DNA of 63,896 nucleotides, the filler included, from Octopus bimaculoides (taxonomy: Eukaryota): NCBI RefSeq assembly GCF_001194135.2. It is 4 parts of 4 records of this genome, joined end to end, with 100 filler letters (N's around TTAATTAATTAA, not from the genome) between each part and the next. Parts side by side here need not be neighbours in the genome. Positions count along the whole stretch, not along the records: positions 58,035 to 63,896 come from NC_069007.1; 3 more parts are not named here. The stretch is one strand, 5' to 3'. Positions within the stretch are counted from its first letter, which is position 1. Each line of letters begins with the position of its first letter. Below the pieces are notes generated by a model. The model was not told the origin of the DNA. It did no database searches and was given only the letters and a program-made list of their open reading frames with translations. Shown piece by piece: positions 63,895 through 63,896 of the stretch. The translations under genes and the position numbers were made by a program.

Positions 63895-63896
63895 TC

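Overview
Eukaryotic, AT-rich, repeat-saturated DNA with many N-gaps. The SINE families and microsatellite load look like an octopus (coleoid cephalopod) assembly; this comes from recognising the repeats, not from a database search. No recognisable intact host protein-coding gene is present. Nearly all ORFs in the supplied track are microsatellite or gap artefacts, or pieces of dead transposons. Supported content: (1) four SINE families with many copies. (2) LINE fossils of four kinds: L1/Tx1 (two diverged subfamilies), CR1-like (three pieces), RTE, and an R4/Dong-like RLE element embedded in (TAA)n. (3) DNA transposons: a near-complete TRT-like Tc1 element, mariner copies, a hAT fossil and several MITEs with clear TIRs/TSDs. 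(4) Rolling-circle elements: a Helitron with both termini and a Helentron/HINE-type element. (5) Penelope-like termini carrying decayed hammerhead-ribozyme cores. The best non-transposon lead is a splice-flanked 222-nt phase-1/phase-1 exon-like segment (22055-22276). It is open except for two adjacent stops (TAA-AGG-TAG), and a strong acceptor follows at 23065. I did not find a well-supported novel biological system; the top leads are hypotheses that need testing.
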